From NCBI GenBank assembly GCA_963823555.1, contig CAWGMA010000004.1, positions 640,001 through 704,000 on the forward strand: a DNA stretch of 64,000 bases, in the 5' to 3' direction. Shown piece by piece: positions 63,565 through 64,000 of the stretch; positions within the stretch are counted from its first letter, which is position 1; each line of letters starts with the position of its first letter. This DNA is from Candidatus Eiseniibacteriota bacterium. Lineage in GTDB: Bacteria > Eisenbacteria > RBG-16-71-46 > CAVPCR01. The notes under the pieces are model-generated. The model was not told the DNA's origin. It saw nothing but the letters and a program-made list of their open reading frames with translations, and ran no database searches. A program made the position numbers and the translations under genes.

Positions 63565-63596
63565 GCATGACGTCACGCTGCATGACGTCACGCTGC
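63565..63596. repeat. Exact 15-bp tandem duplication GCATGACGTCACGCT
   Basis: Copies at 63565 and 63580, each containing the palindrome TGACGTCA. Confidence 0.85.
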
Positions 63597-63689
63597 CCCG
63601 GGGGGCGCATTCGCCGGCGTCGCGATGCGTGCTAGACTCAAACCGGAATCACATTCCGCCGGCTCCGGGCTCTTGCATCTGGAGGCGTC

Positions 63690-64000
63690 ATGAAGGCTTC
63701 CGCCCTTTGCGTCCTCGTCTCGACCGCTTGTCTGCTGTTCCAGGTCCCCGTAGCCCGCGCCACCTTCTCCATCGCTGCCGTCGACCTCCAGACCGGAGAG
63801 GTGGGAAGCGCCGGAGCCTCATGCATCTCGGGCTCCATCATTCTGAGCGATGTGCATCCAGGCGTCGGCGTGATCCATACCCAGGCCTACTGGAACTCCC
63901 AGAACCAGCAGAACGCCCGCAACCTCATGAACCAGGGCTGGTCGCCCGAGGAGATCATCGACTGGCTGGTGGCCAACGATGCCCAGGGCAATCCCACCAT
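63690..64000 (+). CDS. Secreted DUF1028-family (Ntn-hydrolase-like) protein, 3'-partial
   Basis: GGAGG RBS; signal peptide then TFSIAAVDLQTGEVGSAGASC...PGVGVIHTQA; runs off the window end. Confidence 0.8.
   Translation, partial: MKASALCVLVSTACLLFQVPVARATFSIAAVDLQTGEVGSAGASCISGSIILSDVHPGVGVIHTQAYWNSQNQQNARNLMNQGWSPEEIIDWLVANDAQGNPT

Noticed and set aside
54912..63610. ORFs 54912..58037 (1041 aa) and 60608..63610 (1000 aa) as giant fusion proteins
   Set aside because: They are chimeric read-throughs of several frameshifted genes (oppB/C/D-like; lipoprotein/ROK/GH16).

Overview
High-GC bacterial DNA, probably from an FCB-group candidate lineage such as Eisenbacteria or Krumholzibacteriota. This is an inference from seven secreted proteins with C-terminal FlgD-Ig (T9SS-CTD-like) tails and from 'WGxIK' C-termini. 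The window holds five blocks. (1) 0.6-15.5 kb: a minus-strand trehalose/alpha-glucan operon, glgE - treS/mak - glgB - treZ - GH57(DUF3536) - treY - hpf. (2) 15.7-27.6 kb: a ~1600-aa SGNH/FN3/DNRLRE/PKD surface protein with 261-bp tandem repeats, a MacAB-type ABC system and secreted proteins. (3) 27.8-36.3 kb: a DUF222-like HNH nuclease preceded by a 14-bp tandem array, an SDR, a PAP2 protein, a repeat beta-propeller, and a subtilase whose catalytic Ser is replaced by Ala. (4) 36.7-41.8 kb: a radical SAM enzyme and a GT4-GH130 pair. (5) 42.3-63.4 kb: a predicted beta-1,3-glucan (laminarin) utilisation locus with no SusC/SusD in the window. It encodes two GH16-type enzymes, a GH149 phosphorylase, a GH1, a GH-A hydrolase fused to a probable outer-membrane beta-barrel, an Opp-type ABC importer split over two convergent operons, a surface lipoprotein and a ROK repressor with three visible operator palindromes. 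Two ~170-aa paralogues in this locus differ mainly in their C-terminal tail (FlgD-Ig vs SWGQIKSLF), which suggests interchangeable export signals. Many genes in 7-9.5 kb and 38.5-62 kb are broken by single-base indels that look like long-read consensus errors, so their coordinates are reconstructed and approximate. No rRNA, tRNA or CRISPR array was seen.
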